This document shows, piece after piece, positions 40,470-51,259 of a DNA stretch of 64,000 bases. This DNA comes from Microcoleaceae cyanobacterium (lineage in GTDB: Bacteria > Cyanobacteriota > Cyanobacteriia > Cyanobacteriales > Microcoleaceae). Both the position numbers and the translations under genes were made by a program. The stretch lies in assembly GCA_051652765.1 (NCBI GenBank), contig JBOFUV010000133.1:38322-102321 (forward strand), given 5' to 3'. How positions within the stretch are numbered: the stretch's first letter is position 1; every line of letters begins with the position of its first letter. The notes under the pieces are model-generated. The model saw nothing but the letters and a program-made list of their open reading frames with translations, searched no databases and was not told the DNA's origin.

Positions 40470-41372
40470 ATGACCCAATCCCTAGAGCCTAGACATCAAC
40501 CCAAACAGAACCCTCGGGGAAACTCAGCCGTTGCTTTACTCATGGTGCTGTTTAACCTGCTGTTACTCACCGTCGGCAGCGGCATTGCTTGGATGGTCGG
40601 AATGGCGATCGCCCAGGTTTATCCCAGTTCCAGTTTAGAGCTGCCTGTGCTGGAAAAGTTTCTCCGTCGCAGTCAGACCTCCAAAATGGGGCAGTCAACT
40701 CAAGCTCTGAGGACATCCACGCCAACCCTCAGTCCCTCAATTCCTTCAATTCGCCCTTCGGTTCTCCTGACGGCAGAAAAGCGCCAGGATTTGCAAACCC
40801 AGCTCCAGCAAGTCCAACAGGATCTCAATACTCTGATTGGTCGCACCGCAGCCCTGGAAACCCAGTTAGGGATGAGTCGTCCCGATCATCCCCTTGAGGA
40901 AAGGCTCCAGAGCATTGAGCAACAGGTTGAGGCTCCGGGGAATGTCTCTCCCGGTGTGGCATCTCGGAATTCATCCTTCCCAGTGAACCCTGATCCTTCG
41001 CGAGGGTTGATCGTTACCCTGCCGAGTGATATTCTGTTTGCCTCCGGGAGTAATACCCTGCGTTCGGGTGCAAATGTTATTCTCGATAACCTGATTGCCG
41101 ATTTAGAGGCTTATCCTCAGGCTGCAATCAGGGTTGCGGGTCATACAGACCGCAGCGGTCAACCCAACGACAATCTTTCCCTGTCCCTCCAGCAAGCGGA
41201 GGCTGTTGTGCAATACTTGTCCCAGACGGTTGGCGAAGGCTATCACTGGGTAGCAATTGGCCATGGCAGCAGCCGTCCTGCTGTTGAACCTAAAACAGTT
41301 GAGCCCCAATCAGATGCCAATCAACAGCTCAACCGACGGATTGAGGTGGCAATCCACCCTAAGTCATCCTAG
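40470..41372 (+). CDS. OmpA/MotB-family peptidoglycan-binding membrane protein
   Basis: TM anchor, coiled coil, GHTD, LS..QAEAV and NRRIEV motifs. Confidence 0.88.
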   Translation: MTQSLEPRHQPKQNPRGNSAVALLMVLFNLLLLTVGSGIAWMVGMAIAQVYPSSSLELPVLEKFLRRSQTSKMGQSTQALRTSTPTLSPSIPSIRPSVLLTAEKRQDLQTQLQQVQQDLNTLIGRTAALETQLGMSRPDHPLEERLQSIEQQVEAPGNVSPGVASRNSSFPVNPDPSRGLIVTLPSDILFASGSNTLRSGANVILDNLIADLEAYPQAAIRVAGHTDRSGQPNDNLSLSLQQAEAVVQYLSQTVGEGYHWVAIGHGSSRPAVEPKTVEPQSDANQQLNRRIEVAIHPKSS

Positions 41373-41375
41373 GTC

Positions 41376-42383
41376 ATGATGAAAGTAATTTTTTTTGGCA
41401 CTCCCCAGTTTGCCGTCCCTTCCCTAGAAGCGTTGATTCAGCATTCGGAGTTTGAGGTGTTAGCTGTAGTCACCCAACCCGACAAACGTCGAGGGCGAGG
41501 CAATCAAGTCACGCCTTCTCCTGTGAAAGCGGTGGCAATGGCCCACAACATTCCAGTTTGGCAACCGAAACGGGTCAAAAAATCTCAGGAGACCTTGAAT
41601 CAACTCCGGCAAGCTCAGGCAGATGCTTTTGTGGTTGTTGCCTATGGGCAAATTCTCTCCCTGGAAATTTTGGCCTTGCCCCGGTTGGGCTGTATTAACG
41701 GCCATGGCTCCCTCCTACCCAAATACCGAGGAGCCGCCCCAATTCAGTGGTGTCTCTGGCATGGAGAACTAGAAACTGGCATGACCACGATGTTGATGGA
41801 TGTGGGCCTGGATACGGGAGCGATGCTGTTGAAAGAGTGTTTTTCCGTGGGCTTGCTGGAAAATGCCGAGACTCTAGCTGAAAAACTAGCCGTATCCAGC
41901 GCCAGGTTGTTGATTACAACCCTGCTCAAGCTTGACCGAGGAGAACTGAACCCGATTCCCCAGGTGGAGGCCGAAGCAACTTATGCGCCGTTAATTCAAC
42001 CGGAAGACTATCAACTGGATTGGTCAAACTCGGCGATCGCTCTTCACAACCAAATTCGAGGATTTTTCCCCAACTGTACCACTCGGTTTCGAGGTCAGGA
42101 TCTCAAGGTGAGTGCTACGGTTCCCCTAGGGCCAGACTATGGGCCACGGCTTCCCTCAGACCTGCAAATTCTAGAGCAACACTGTGCTGCCTCGGCTACA
42201 AACTCTAATCAGCTCTATCAACCGGGAGAGATCGTTCAGGTGATTAAAAAATTTGGGCCGGTGGTGCAGACGGGGGCAGGGCTTCTCCTGCTCAGGGAAA
42301 TCAAGCCTGCTGGAAAGCGATCGCAGTCAGGATGGGATTTCGCCAACGGAACTCGGCTGTTGGTCGGAGAACATCTGGGCTGA
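41376..42383 (+). CDS. fmt: Methionyl-tRNA formyltransferase
   Basis: [15 protein letters not shown] and [17 protein letters not shown] motifs. Confidence 0.96.
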   Translation: MMKVIFFGTPQFAVPSLEALIQHSEFEVLAVVTQPDKRRGRGNQVTPSPVKAVAMAHNIPVWQPKRVKKSQETLNQLRQAQADAFVVVAYGQILSLEILALPRLGCINGHGSLLPKYRGAAPIQWCLWHGELETGMTTMLMDVGLDTGAMLLKECFSVGLLENAETLAEKLAVSSARLLITTLLKLDRGELNPIPQVEAEATYAPLIQPEDYQLDWSNSAIALHNQIRGFFPNCTTRFRGQDLKVSATVPLGPDYGPRLPSDLQILEQHCAASATNSNQLYQPGEIVQVIKKFGPVVQTGAGLLLLREIKPAGKRSQSGWDFANGTRLLVGEHLG

Positions 42384-42564
42384 GGTATATCTCAACACAT
42401 TACACAACATATTGCATAATACATTGCACAATAGATGTACAGGAAAGGCTTGAACTTACTGGCTTAAATCTTGTGACTGACTGAACACTTCTCTTTTCAA
42501 TCTTCTTAACTCTAGACTAGGATAGAGCAGGAACACCAATATATTTGCATACTAGAGGGCGGAG

Positions 42565-43566
42565 ATGGTTAGCCAAACCCCTGAGGTCAACTTTCAAGTT
42601 ACTTTTCAAGGAGATAATCCTCGGATTGTTCTGCCTGCTCGTCTGAGTATTCTTGAGGCAGTATCGTTCAAAACGATGTGCCAGGAATTGATCAATTCAG
42701 ATCCAGTTCCTGAAAAGGTTATTTTAGATTTTAGACAAACCATATTCATCGACAGTAGCGGCGTTGGTGCACTTGTGAGCAATTTAAAAGCTGCTGATGC
42801 CAGTGGTATTCAGCTTGTTTTACAAAATGTTGGTTCTCAAGTTATGGCCGTGTTTTCTCTGACCTCCCTGGATCAAGTGCTCACGATTGAGCCGACAGCG
42901 GGTGAAACAACAACCGGAGAAATTCGCTCCGTTACTAACAGTCAGCTTCCGGTGACTCACCCCTCTGTTCGTTCCTGGGTCAAGCGACTAATGGACATTC
43001 TCGGTTCAATTGTTGGACTGTCAATTACGGCTGTACTAGCGGTTCCTATTTCTATTGCAATTTTCTCAGATAGCCCTGGCCCAATTTTCTTCGGTCAGAC
43101 TCGGTGTGGTTGGATGGGAAAAAGGTTCCGGATGTGGAAATTTCGCTCCATGATTCCTGATGCAGAAGCTCGTAAAAATGAAGTTCCCAACCAAGCAAAA
43201 GGAGCAATTTTTAAGAATGATAATGACCCCCGAATTACAAAGGTAGGCCACTTCTTAAGACGCACCAGTTTAGATGAATTGCCTCAATTCTGGAATGTCT
43301 TAAAAGGTGATATGAGCCTTGTAGGCACTCGCCCTCCTACTCCTGATGAGGTCGAACGGTATGAAATTCCACAGTGGCAACGACTTGATGTCAAACCTGG
43401 AATGACAGGCGAATGGCAAGTTGGTGGTCGCTCTCAGGTTAAGGATTTTGAAGACATTATTCGACTCGATTTAAAGTATCAAGAAAACTGGAGTTTGATG
43501 TATGACATGAAGCTGATTTTCAAAACTATAATGGTGTTATTCCAGAAAAGCAGCGGCGCAATGTAG
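42565..43566 (+). CDS. STAS (anti-sigma antagonist) domain fused to a bacterial sugar transferase (priming phosphoglycosyltransferase)
   Basis: N-terminal FIDSSGVGAL; C-terminal KR.MD, KFRSM, LRRTSLDELPQFWNVLKGDMSLVGTRP and KPGMTG.WQV motifs. Confidence 0.92.
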   Translation: MVSQTPEVNFQVTFQGDNPRIVLPARLSILEAVSFKTMCQELINSDPVPEKVILDFRQTIFIDSSGVGALVSNLKAADASGIQLVLQNVGSQVMAVFSLTSLDQVLTIEPTAGETTTGEIRSVTNSQLPVTHPSVRSWVKRLMDILGSIVGLSITAVLAVPISIAIFSDSPGPIFFGQTRCGWMGKRFRMWKFRSMIPDAEARKNEVPNQAKGAIFKNDNDPRITKVGHFLRRTSLDELPQFWNVLKGDMSLVGTRPPTPDEVERYEIPQWQRLDVKPGMTGEWQVGGRSQVKDFEDIIRLDLKYQENWSLMYDMKLIFKTIMVLFQKSSGAM

Positions 43567-43570
43567 GGGA

Positions 43571-44032
43571 ATGAACGTAGGGAATCATTTAGTTGAGCGA
43601 TCGCACCTTCAGGTTCAGACTAGCCTTAGTGCTCTGGATGATATTCTGCAATGGCTTGAGGATTTAGTCTCTCCTCTGTTACCAGAGCACCTGATCTGGA
43701 CTTGCAAAGTTGCATTAGCGGAGGGGTTCACCAATGCAGTTCGCCATGCCCACCGAACCTTATCGGAGCAAACTCCGATTGACGTGGAAATTTCCATTTT
43801 TCCAGAGTGGATAGAGATGCGGGTTTGGGATCAGGGTCAGCCGTTTAACCTAGAGGATATGTTGAAATATGTAATCAAACTTAATGCCAATCCTCTGCAA
43901 CATGAGGGAAAGCGGGGCTTGATTTTTATGTCAAAGCTGACTGATGAGTTGCACTATACTCGCACAGAAGATCGACGTAACTGTCTGATCATGCGAAAAC
44001 GAATAAACTTGGGCCAATCCAAAACTGCTTAG
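43571..44032 (+). CDS. Anti-sigma factor / Ser kinase (RsbW/SpoIIAB-like HATPase)
   Basis: ALAEGFTNAVRHA (N box), WDQG (G1), EGKRGL (G2). Confidence 0.88.
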   Translation: MNVGNHLVERSHLQVQTSLSALDDILQWLEDLVSPLLPEHLIWTCKVALAEGFTNAVRHAHRTLSEQTPIDVEISIFPEWIEMRVWDQGQPFNLEDMLKYVIKLNANPLQHEGKRGLIFMSKLTDELHYTRTEDRRNCLIMRKRINLGQSKTA

Positions 44033-44220
44033 AATAAGCTTATTTTAAGTTCAGATGTTTTACGGGAAGGGATACAGCCATTTTTGTTCGGACGCGATTT
44101 CTTGAAAAGGGAGCCTTGAGTGGCAAGAGATTCCTGACTGATTTAAAGACTGCTGTAAGATGATCCAAGACCGCTTGAAACAGTACTTTTATAGAGCTTT
44201 TATAGAGCTTTAAAATAACG

Positions 44221-44658
44221 TTGCTAGTCATCTATGACGGAAATTGCAATCTCTGTGTTACCCTGATTCAACTCCTCGAACTCTTAGATCAGGGCAAGCA
44301 GTTTAAATATCTCCCCATGCAACAGTTACAGGGGCTAGAGCAGCTTGGGATTACTTCAACGGATTGCAAACTTGGCATGATGCTTGTTGACCCAGAGAAT
44401 TCTACACAACGGTGGCAGGGCAGCGCAGCAGCAGAGGAAATTGGTCGTATTTTGCCGGGAGGAAGTTTATTTGTTGCTGCCTACCGAGCATTGCCTGGAT
44501 TGAAATGGACAGGCGATCGCCTCTATGAACAGGTGCGAGATCATCGTTATGAGTGGTTTGGTCAACGGTCAGACACCTATCAATCTGTTTACCCGAATTG
44601 TTCACCCTGTTCTCCTAGTCAAACCTCTGCTCAAACCGACCCTAAATCCTCAAGCTAG
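44221..44658 (+). CDS. DCC-family thiol-disulfide oxidoreductase (DUF393)
   Basis: YDGNCNLC and Y..V...RY.WFG motifs. Confidence 0.85.
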   Translation: MLVIYDGNCNLCVTLIQLLELLDQGKQFKYLPMQQLQGLEQLGITSTDCKLGMMLVDPENSTQRWQGSAAAEEIGRILPGGSLFVAAYRALPGLKWTGDRLYEQVRDHRYEWFGQRSDTYQSVYPNCSPCSPSQTSAQTDPKSSS

Positions 44659-44695
44659 GGCTTCTGATGGTTGCAATTGGACAGTGGCAGTTGCG

Positions 44696-44737
44696 ATATC
44701 AGTTAATCCATATCAGTTAATCCATATCAGTTAATCC
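44696..44737. repeat. Perfect tandem repeat, 3 x 14 bp (ATATCAGTTAATCC)
   Basis: Read directly. Confidence 0.95.
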
Positions 44738-44885
44738 ATCAGCAAATATCCTGAGAGTTGTCTAAGAATTCTCTGAATTTGAATTCATCCCTTTTTATTG
44801 AAGCTTTAGGGTTTCTATCAGGCTATACCCAGACTCAACCCTTACTTTAGTCAGTGTAGAAACATTCAATCGGGAGTCAAATCTG

Positions 44886-45359
44886 ATGATCCTTAATTCT
44901 TTAAGACTGACGAGCATCGCATCTGTTCTAGTTTTAGGAACAATTGGCAGCCTTGCCTTAAATTCCACCGTTGTTCAAGCAAATGGTGTTCAAGCAAAAC
45001 CTGTGATCACTGTAGCCCAGTCTCAGCAAGTGCTTGCCTCAGGCAGCTTTGTGACTGTTGAACAGGATCATGCCACGAAAGGGACAGCCCGGATTGTGAG
45101 TGAAGGAGGGAAACGTTATCTAGAGTTTGACAAAGGATTTACCACTGCCCAAGGGCCAGATGTGAATGTGATTCTACACCAGAGTGGTTCCATCCCTCTG
45201 AAGCCGAAAAAAGCAGACTATGTTGTAGTTGCTGCCTTGAAGAGCTTTGATGGAGCGCAACGCTATGCTCTACCCGATAATATTGACCTGAATGAGTTCA
45301 AAGCTGTAGGAATCTGGTGTCGCAAATTTGATGTTACCTTTGGCTATGCAGCATTGTAA
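44886..45359 (+). CDS. Secreted DM13-domain protein
   Basis: Signal peptide; GSF, GPD..V.L, G.Q.Y.LP and IWC..F.VTFG.A.L motifs. Confidence 0.85.
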   Translation: MILNSLRLTSIASVLVLGTIGSLALNSTVVQANGVQAKPVITVAQSQQVLASGSFVTVEQDHATKGTARIVSEGGKRYLEFDKGFTTAQGPDVNVILHQSGSIPLKPKKADYVVVAALKSFDGAQRYALPDNIDLNEFKAVGIWCRKFDVTFGYAAL

Positions 45360-45483
45360 GCATTTCATTGGGTTAGTCATTGCTCCCCTAAATCCTGGCT
45401 TGAGGGTGAGGTAATCCTGATTGACCAAGGTTGACTGACAGACCTCAAATTGTTCACTCTGCGGCAAGCAAGCTATACTTTAA

Positions 45484-45525
45484 CGCCTCTTCCACTCTGG
45501 GAGAGGCGCTTTTGCTTTTGCTTTT
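45484..45525 (+). terminator. Intrinsic terminator downstream of the DM13 gene
   Basis: CGCCTCTTCC-ACTCT-GGGAGAGGCG followed by CTTTTGCTTTTGCTTTT. Confidence 0.75.
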
Positions 45526-45879
45526 AATTTTTAATTCAGTACATTTGTCTGAAGTCCCTTCGCCGCAATTATTTTGGAGAGGGCAATGCACGTTTGTTTC
45601 TGCGGATCTGTATGAAGGAAACCCGACAAGCCTTTGAGAATTTTAGCTTGGCGCTGGGTTTTCCAAGTTCGACACCAACCAACACAACCTATAACCTTGA
45701 CAAACCCTCTTAACAAACCCCTCGATTGCTTTGGCCACTCAGGGAATTTTGAGCTTGATCTCAGTTTAATTTCAGGATTAAAACTTATGGTGGAAGCGTA
45801 GGATCAAAAGCTTATCCCTGAAATGCCGCCTTGCTTTCCTGCTGAGGCGGCTTTATCTATTTTTGAATCCAAGCCCATA

Positions 45880-45980
45880 AAAATGCCGGGTTACATTAGC
45901 TTTTAAGATCTAGGTTTTTAAGACTTAGGTTTTTAAGATCTAATTAAGACCTAAGCTTTTAAGAACTACCCGGCATTTTA
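45880..45980 (-). terminator. aqpZ terminator whose loop is filled by a tandem array
   Basis: AAAATGCCGGGT (45880) and ACCCGGCATTTT (45968) enclose about 76 nt of TTTTTAAGATCTAGG-like repeats. Confidence 0.6.
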
Positions 45981-46014
45981 GAATTCAGACTATGGGTACA
46001 ACGGGTGTAGCAAT

Positions 46015-46764
46015 TTACGGCTCAGTTGTTTTAGCAAAGTCACGCTCGGGCACATCTTCCTCAAACACGGAATAGTAGACGTACCCAGCCGCGATCGCCC
46101 CCAGAATCGGAGCTAGCCAGAACAACCAAAGTTGAGCCATTGGCCAACTCACACCTCCGAATAAGCTGACAATGGCAGGGCCAGTGCTCCGAGCCGGGTT
46201 AACCGAAGTATTCGTAACCGGGATGCTGATCAAGTGGATTAGAGTCAATGCCAAACCAATGGACATAGGATCAAACCCTCTGGAAGCCCGACGATCTGTT
46301 GATCCGAGAACGATCAACAAAAACATAAAGGTCAAGACAAACTCAATCACCAGCCCAGACATCATGGAGTATTTACCAGGGGAGTGATCACCAAAGCCAT
46401 TCGCGGCTAGACCGCCATCTGTGATCTCTCCAGCAACGACCCACAGCAGCGCAGAAGCCAATATCGCTCCTGCCACTTGGGAGACAATGTAGGGTAGCAA
46501 ATCAGAGCCAGAGAAGCGCTTTCCAGCCCACAAACCAAAGGAAACCGCTGGATTAAAGTGGCCGCCGGAAATATGGCCTACTGCATGGGCCATGGTCAGA
46601 ACGGTCAGACCAAACGCCAAAGAAACCCCAACAAAGCCAATTCCCAGAGGATTACCTGCATTTTCATAAGGGAAGTTTGCCGCTAGTACAGCACTTCCAC
46701 AGCCTCCAAAGACCAACCAAAATGTTCCAAAAAACTCCGCAATACAACGTTTTGCAACTGGCAT
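46015..46764 (-). CDS. aqpZ: Aquaporin Z
   Basis: [17 protein letters not shown] and two NPA motifs (HFNPAV, SVNPARS); ATG at 46764 is well spaced from GGAGG. Confidence 0.95.
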   Translation of the reverse strand: MPVAKRCIAEFFGTFWLVFGGCGSAVLAANFPYENAGNPLGIGFVGVSLAFGLTVLTMAHAVGHISGGHFNPAVSFGLWAGKRFSGSDLLPYIVSQVAGAILASALLWVVAGEITDGGLAANGFGDHSPGKYSMMSGLVIEFVLTFMFLLIVLGSTDRRASRGFDPMSIGLALTLIHLISIPVTNTSVNPARSTGPAIVSLFGGVSWPMAQLWLFWLAPILGAIAAGYVYYSVFEEDVPERDFAKTTEP

Positions 46765-47303
46765 TTTCATTCCTCCATTATGTACAAGATTTAGGCTGAG
46801 ACCGTTAGTATGTGCAATGCTCCAGGCTCTTGGAGTGACAGATGTAGGCAACTAGAGCCCTACACACAAGAGTACTATCTGATGCAGCCATTCCTAGATA
46901 GATCAGGTACAATTTAACCCTCACTAACAAGAGGCTTAAATTGTTACTTCTACCTAGCTAGGTGAATATTAGCTATCACAAAATAGTTAACATCAATCCG
47001 TAGCCAATACCGGATTACAAAGGTTAACTGGACAGGAGCAAGGGATAAGAACTTACACTAAGCTTTACTCCACTCACAACTCAACCGGAACTCCAGTGAA
47101 TCTTTGCTTTTCGGAGTTCTAAGCTGATGCAGTAACCTACAACTCAGTCTGGCAAAGAACCTAGCATAGCTCAAATTCTTTGTCAATCAGAGCTTTATTC
47201 TCCTAGAATTTTATCGTTTGTTAAAGTCTTAATAACCTAATAAATGACTGTAATCAAAACAGCTAAAAAGCCGATCCTTCACTTATAGCTGATCCTCCTC
47301 CAA

Positions 47304-47756
47304 TCACTGTCTTTTACTATCTTTCACCACAAAAACAGAGCAGTGAGCCTCTGCAACCACTTGAGCGCTTACAGATCCTTGGAGAATCCGCTTGAGTCCG
47401 GTGAAGCCTCTATTCCCAATAACAATCAAGTCTGCTTGATGGATATTTGCTAAACGCACGATTTCTTCAGCCGGATCTCCCCGAACAATTTCAACTTCTG
47501 CCTGATAGGGAAGGCTGGCTTCATAAGTTCGTAATCGCTGTTCAACCGTCGCTTCTGCTTCCAGATGAGGACGATCTGCAGCAGCTTCAGAGTCAGGCTG
47601 GACGGTTGAAATCACATAGGTTAACACTACCTTTGTCGTTGATTGCAGCCTAAGATGCTCAAGGACTTGCAACACACGCTCAGTATTCAAGGAACCGTCA
47701 ACAGCGACTAGTATTGTTTTCAACGTCAATGCTTTCAATGTAAATGTTCTCAACAC
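47304..47756 (-). CDS. Universal stress protein
   Basis: ILVAVDGS, GDPAEEI and GNRG.......GSVS motifs; N-terminus contains a 15-nt triplication, so the start may be 47723. Confidence 0.92.
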   Translation of the reverse strand: MLRTFTLKALTLKTILVAVDGSLNTERVLQVLEHLRLQSTTKVVLTYVISTVQPDSEAAADRPHLEAEATVEQRLRTYEASLPYQAEVEIVRGDPAEEIVRLANIHQADLIVIGNRGFTGLKRILQGSVSAQVVAEAHCSVFVVKDSKRQ

Positions 47757-47853
47757 AAACTCGACTTTGTCTTTAACTCATATCACTGAATAGACAGCAC
47801 TAACTTTTTCAATCCTTCTTTCTCCTCGTTCCCATTTTAGGGCTGCCGATCTC

Positions 47854-49167
47854 TTACCGTTCACTACCGTCTGAATTCTCCGTTCGCAACCGTACAGAGT
47901 TTTCATGGGAAGGGAGACCTTCAGCTTGAGCCAGGGTCTGAATGGCAGAGGCCACTTTTTGTAAGGCCGTCGGAGAATACTGAATTAAACTAGAATGTTT
48001 GAGAAAGGTTTCAACCCCCAATGCAGAGGCATAACGAGCGGCCCCAGAGGTGGGTAGGGTGTGGTTTGGCCCTGCCAGGTAATCTCCGACGGCTTCCGGT
48101 GTTGAGTATCCTAAGAAAATTGCTCCGGCATGGCGGATCTCTTCAAGTAAGGCCCAGGGATCTTCAACTTCTAGTTCTAAGTGTTCAGGGGCAAACTCAT
48201 TGGAGAGCTTGACTGCCGCTTCTAGGGAATCTACAACTACAACTAGGCCATAATGGGCGATCGCCTTTTCGGTCAGGGTGTGGCGCGGATGCTCAATCAG
48301 TTGACGCTCGACTTCAGTCACCACTTGACGAGCCAAGACCGAGTCTGGGGTGAGTAAAATGGCAGCAGCCATGGCATCGTGTTCAGCCTGGGCAAGAAGG
48401 TCAGCCGCTACATGAGCTGGGTTGGCCCGACTATCTGCGATAATTAACACCTCTGATGGCCCAGCCAGAGAGTCAATTCCAACCGTTCCATAAACCAATT
48501 TCTTGGCCAGGGTGACATAAATGTTTCCAGGCCCCGTAATTACATCGACCTTAGGAATCGTTTCGGTACCATAGGCAAGGGCGGCGATCGCCTGGGAACC
48601 ACCAACTCGGTAGATCTCCTGAACCCCAGCTTCCTGAGCAGCTACCAGCACCGCAGGATTCACCCTGTTGTCGAGTCCCGGCGGAGTGGTGATTACAATT
48701 CGAGGAACCTTAGCCACTTTTGCTGGAATTGCAGTCATTAACACCGTGCTGGGGTAGGCCGCCTTCCCTCCCGGAACATAGAGACCTGCACAATCCACAG
48801 GGGTATATCGTTTCCCCAGAACAACATCATCTGCCTCAAAATGAACCCAAGAGCGCGGAATGCGATGGCGGTGAAAGGCTTCGATTTGTTGAGCAGCAAG
48901 CCGAATTGCGTCCAACAACTCCTTCGAGACCTGTTGGTAGGCAGCATCCAACTCTAAACCACTCACCCGCAAATCCTCCAGACTCAGGGTTTTCTGGTCA
49001 AATTCCTCGGTGTAATGTAGAAGTGCCTTGTCTCCCTGACGCTTGACAGTTTGCAGCACCTCTCGTACTGTTGCCTCCTTATGGATCATCATGTCATCAT
49101 GGGTACGACTGGCGATGCGTCGTAGTTCTGCCTGTGCTTCAACCCACTGAGTGATAATTCGTAACAT
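47854..49167 (-). CDS. hisD: Histidinol dehydrogenase
   Basis: YVPGG.A.YPS, GPGNIYV, AGPSE, QAEHD, APEHLE and GDYLAGPNH motifs. Confidence 0.97.
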   Translation of the reverse strand: MLRIITQWVEAQAELRRIASRTHDDMMIHKEATVREVLQTVKRQGDKALLHYTEEFDQKTLSLEDLRVSGLELDAAYQQVSKELLDAIRLAAQQIEAFHRHRIPRSWVHFEADDVVLGKRYTPVDCAGLYVPGGKAAYPSTVLMTAIPAKVAKVPRIVITTPPGLDNRVNPAVLVAAQEAGVQEIYRVGGSQAIAALAYGTETIPKVDVITGPGNIYVTLAKKLVYGTVGIDSLAGPSEVLIIADSRANPAHVAADLLAQAEHDAMAAAILLTPDSVLARQVVTEVERQLIEHPRHTLTEKAIAHYGLVVVVDSLEAAVKLSNEFAPEHLELEVEDPWALLEEIRHAGAIFLGYSTPEAVGDYLAGPNHTLPTSGAARYASALGVETFLKHSSLIQYSPTALQKVASAIQTLAQAEGLPSHENSVRLRTENSDGSER

Positions 49168-49702
49168 GGTTTTAAAGGTGCTCTTTGGAGGAGTAACTAA
49201 ATCGCTAGATTTTCCAAGTTTGGCTCCAGAGTTCTAGAAGGAAGTGATCAGATGAGAACCTTCAAAACGTTCAGCATAGAAGGTGGCCTAGAACCTTAGC
49301 ATCAACTCGGGATACTTCTACTGCTCACCTCTGCTCAAACAGTCTCAGCCTCTTGACCGTCAACCCCCTTATCTTCGCAACGTTGCCCTAACAGCCTTAG
49401 GAACCCTGTCTCAATAACTCTGTGTCAAAAGCCACAATCTTGATGTCCATCGGTTTTCACCAACTTTGCCTAAAGACTGAACCCAGTTGCGAGTCTGAAA
49501 AACTAAACATCCTTCTGCAAGACATGAGTAAATTTAGTTTAGCGTGTATTTTAGGTTGATATCCCAGCTTGACAGAAGTCAAGCACAATTTTTCGTAGGA
49601 ATGCTATATTTACAACAGTAGATTAGTGCTATATTGGAATTTCCGAAAATTTTTGCTGCAATTATCGCCTGTAGTCTTTTTTGCGTCTCCTAGAATACGA
49701 TT

Positions 49703-50023
49703 ATGACCAATAATAAATCTGCTGCGAAGCGAGTTCAAATCGCGGAACGAAATCGATTAAGGAATAAGTCCTATAAATCATCGGTTAAGACGTTGATGCG
49801 GCGCTATCTGACCGCACTTGATACCTATGCTGCCAGTCCGAAGAGTGAAACAACCTTGGAGGAAATCAATCAGAAGTTATCTGCTGCCTACAGCAAAATT
49901 GACAAAGCCGTTAAGCGAGGTGTCCTTCATCGAAACACTGCCTCTCGGAGAAAAGCTCGTCTAGCTAAGGCACTTAAGGCTCATTTCCCCAATCCCGACT
50001 CGTCGCAATCGATAGCTTCTTGA
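49703..50023 (+). CDS. rpsT: 30S ribosomal protein S20
   Basis: [29 protein letters not shown]. Confidence 0.96.
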   Translation: MTNNKSAAKRVQIAERNRLRNKSYKSSVKTLMRRYLTALDTYAASPKSETTLEEINQKLSAAYSKIDKAVKRGVLHRNTASRRKARLAKALKAHFPNPDSSQSIAS

Positions 50024-50212
50024 GAATTTTTTGACCCAGTTAAAGGTGTGGCTATTTTTTAAAAAAGGCGGGTTATGCGCTGTAGAGGCCGGATAGCCCA
50101 TTCAACACTATTCGGTTTGACTGGAGTTTGATGTTGAATGCAGTTTGATTTAGGGTCAGGATGCCTACCGACTGAGTTCCCTGTATAGAGAGGGTCGTGA
50201 GAATTGTCACAA

Positions 50213-51007
50213 ATGCAACTGGTTGATACTCATGTCCATCTTAATTTTGAATCCTTAGCCCCAGACTTGCAAGCTGTACGTCAGCGTTGGCGCGAGGCAG
50301 GAGTTGTTCACTTGGTTCACTCTTGTGTTCATCCTGGAGAATTTGATCAGATTCAGGCAATTGCTGACCAAGTGCCTGAGTTATCTTTTGCGGTAGGTCT
50401 GCACCCTTTGGACGCTGAGAAGTGGGCTGCTGATTCATCTGCACAGATTTTGCGCCTTGCTGAGTCTGACTTGAGGGTTGTTGCTATAGGAGAGATGGGT
50501 TTGGACTTTTATAAAGCAGATGACCGAGAGCATCAGGAGAAAGTGTTCGAGGCTCAGCTAGAGGTTGCTCACTTTCTGGGTAAGCCTGTGATTATCCATT
50601 GTCGAGAGGCATCGGAAGCTATGGCTCAACAGTTACGGCGATTTTGGGCTAACTGTGGGCCTGTCAAGGGAGTCATGCATTGTTGGGGAGGGAATCCTGC
50701 AGAAACCCAGTGGTTTTTAGATCTAGGGCTCTACATTAGTTTTAGTGGCGTAGTCACTTTCAAAAGCGCGAGTGTAGTTCAGGAGTCGGCCCAGATTGTT
50801 CCAGAAGATCGCATTTTAGTGGAAACAGATTGTCCGTTTTTGGCTCCTGTTCCCAGGAGAGGAAAGCGAAATGAACCTGCCTACGTGTGCTATGTCGCAC
50901 AGAAGGTTGCAGAACTCCGGCAAGTCTCATTTTCTGATCTCTGCCAGCAAACAACCCGGAATGCCTGCCAACTCTTTAGTCTGCCCACACTATCGAATCT
51001 TGTCTAG
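50213..51007 (+). CDS. tatD: TatD-family nuclease
   Basis: DTHVHL, GLHP, IGEMGLD, IIHCRE and ETDCPFL motifs. Confidence 0.93.
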   Translation: MQLVDTHVHLNFESLAPDLQAVRQRWREAGVVHLVHSCVHPGEFDQIQAIADQVPELSFAVGLHPLDAEKWAADSSAQILRLAESDLRVVAIGEMGLDFYKADDREHQEKVFEAQLEVAHFLGKPVIIHCREASEAMAQQLRRFWANCGPVKGVMHCWGGNPAETQWFLDLGLYISFSGVVTFKSASVVQESAQIVPEDRILVETDCPFLAPVPRRGKRNEPAYVCYVAQKVAELRQVSFSDLCQQTTRNACQLFSLPTLSNLV

Positions 51008-51259
51008 ACGGATCTAATGAATGAGGACAAATGAATGAGGACAGTAGTGCCAGCCCAACTCATCTTTCGATAGCTCAAGCTGACTCAGAAAATATTAAGC
51101 GAGATTCGGAAAGGTCTCGTTTCAGGTTGTGGAAATATCGTCTATCTTGCCCCAGAGTAGTTTTAAATTTCCGTTTTACTGGATTGATTTTTGCTCACCA
51201 AGTTCTGCAAATTGCATTGTTCTTGTCATTCAGCAGTCGCCCTAACTCAGAGTTAACCC

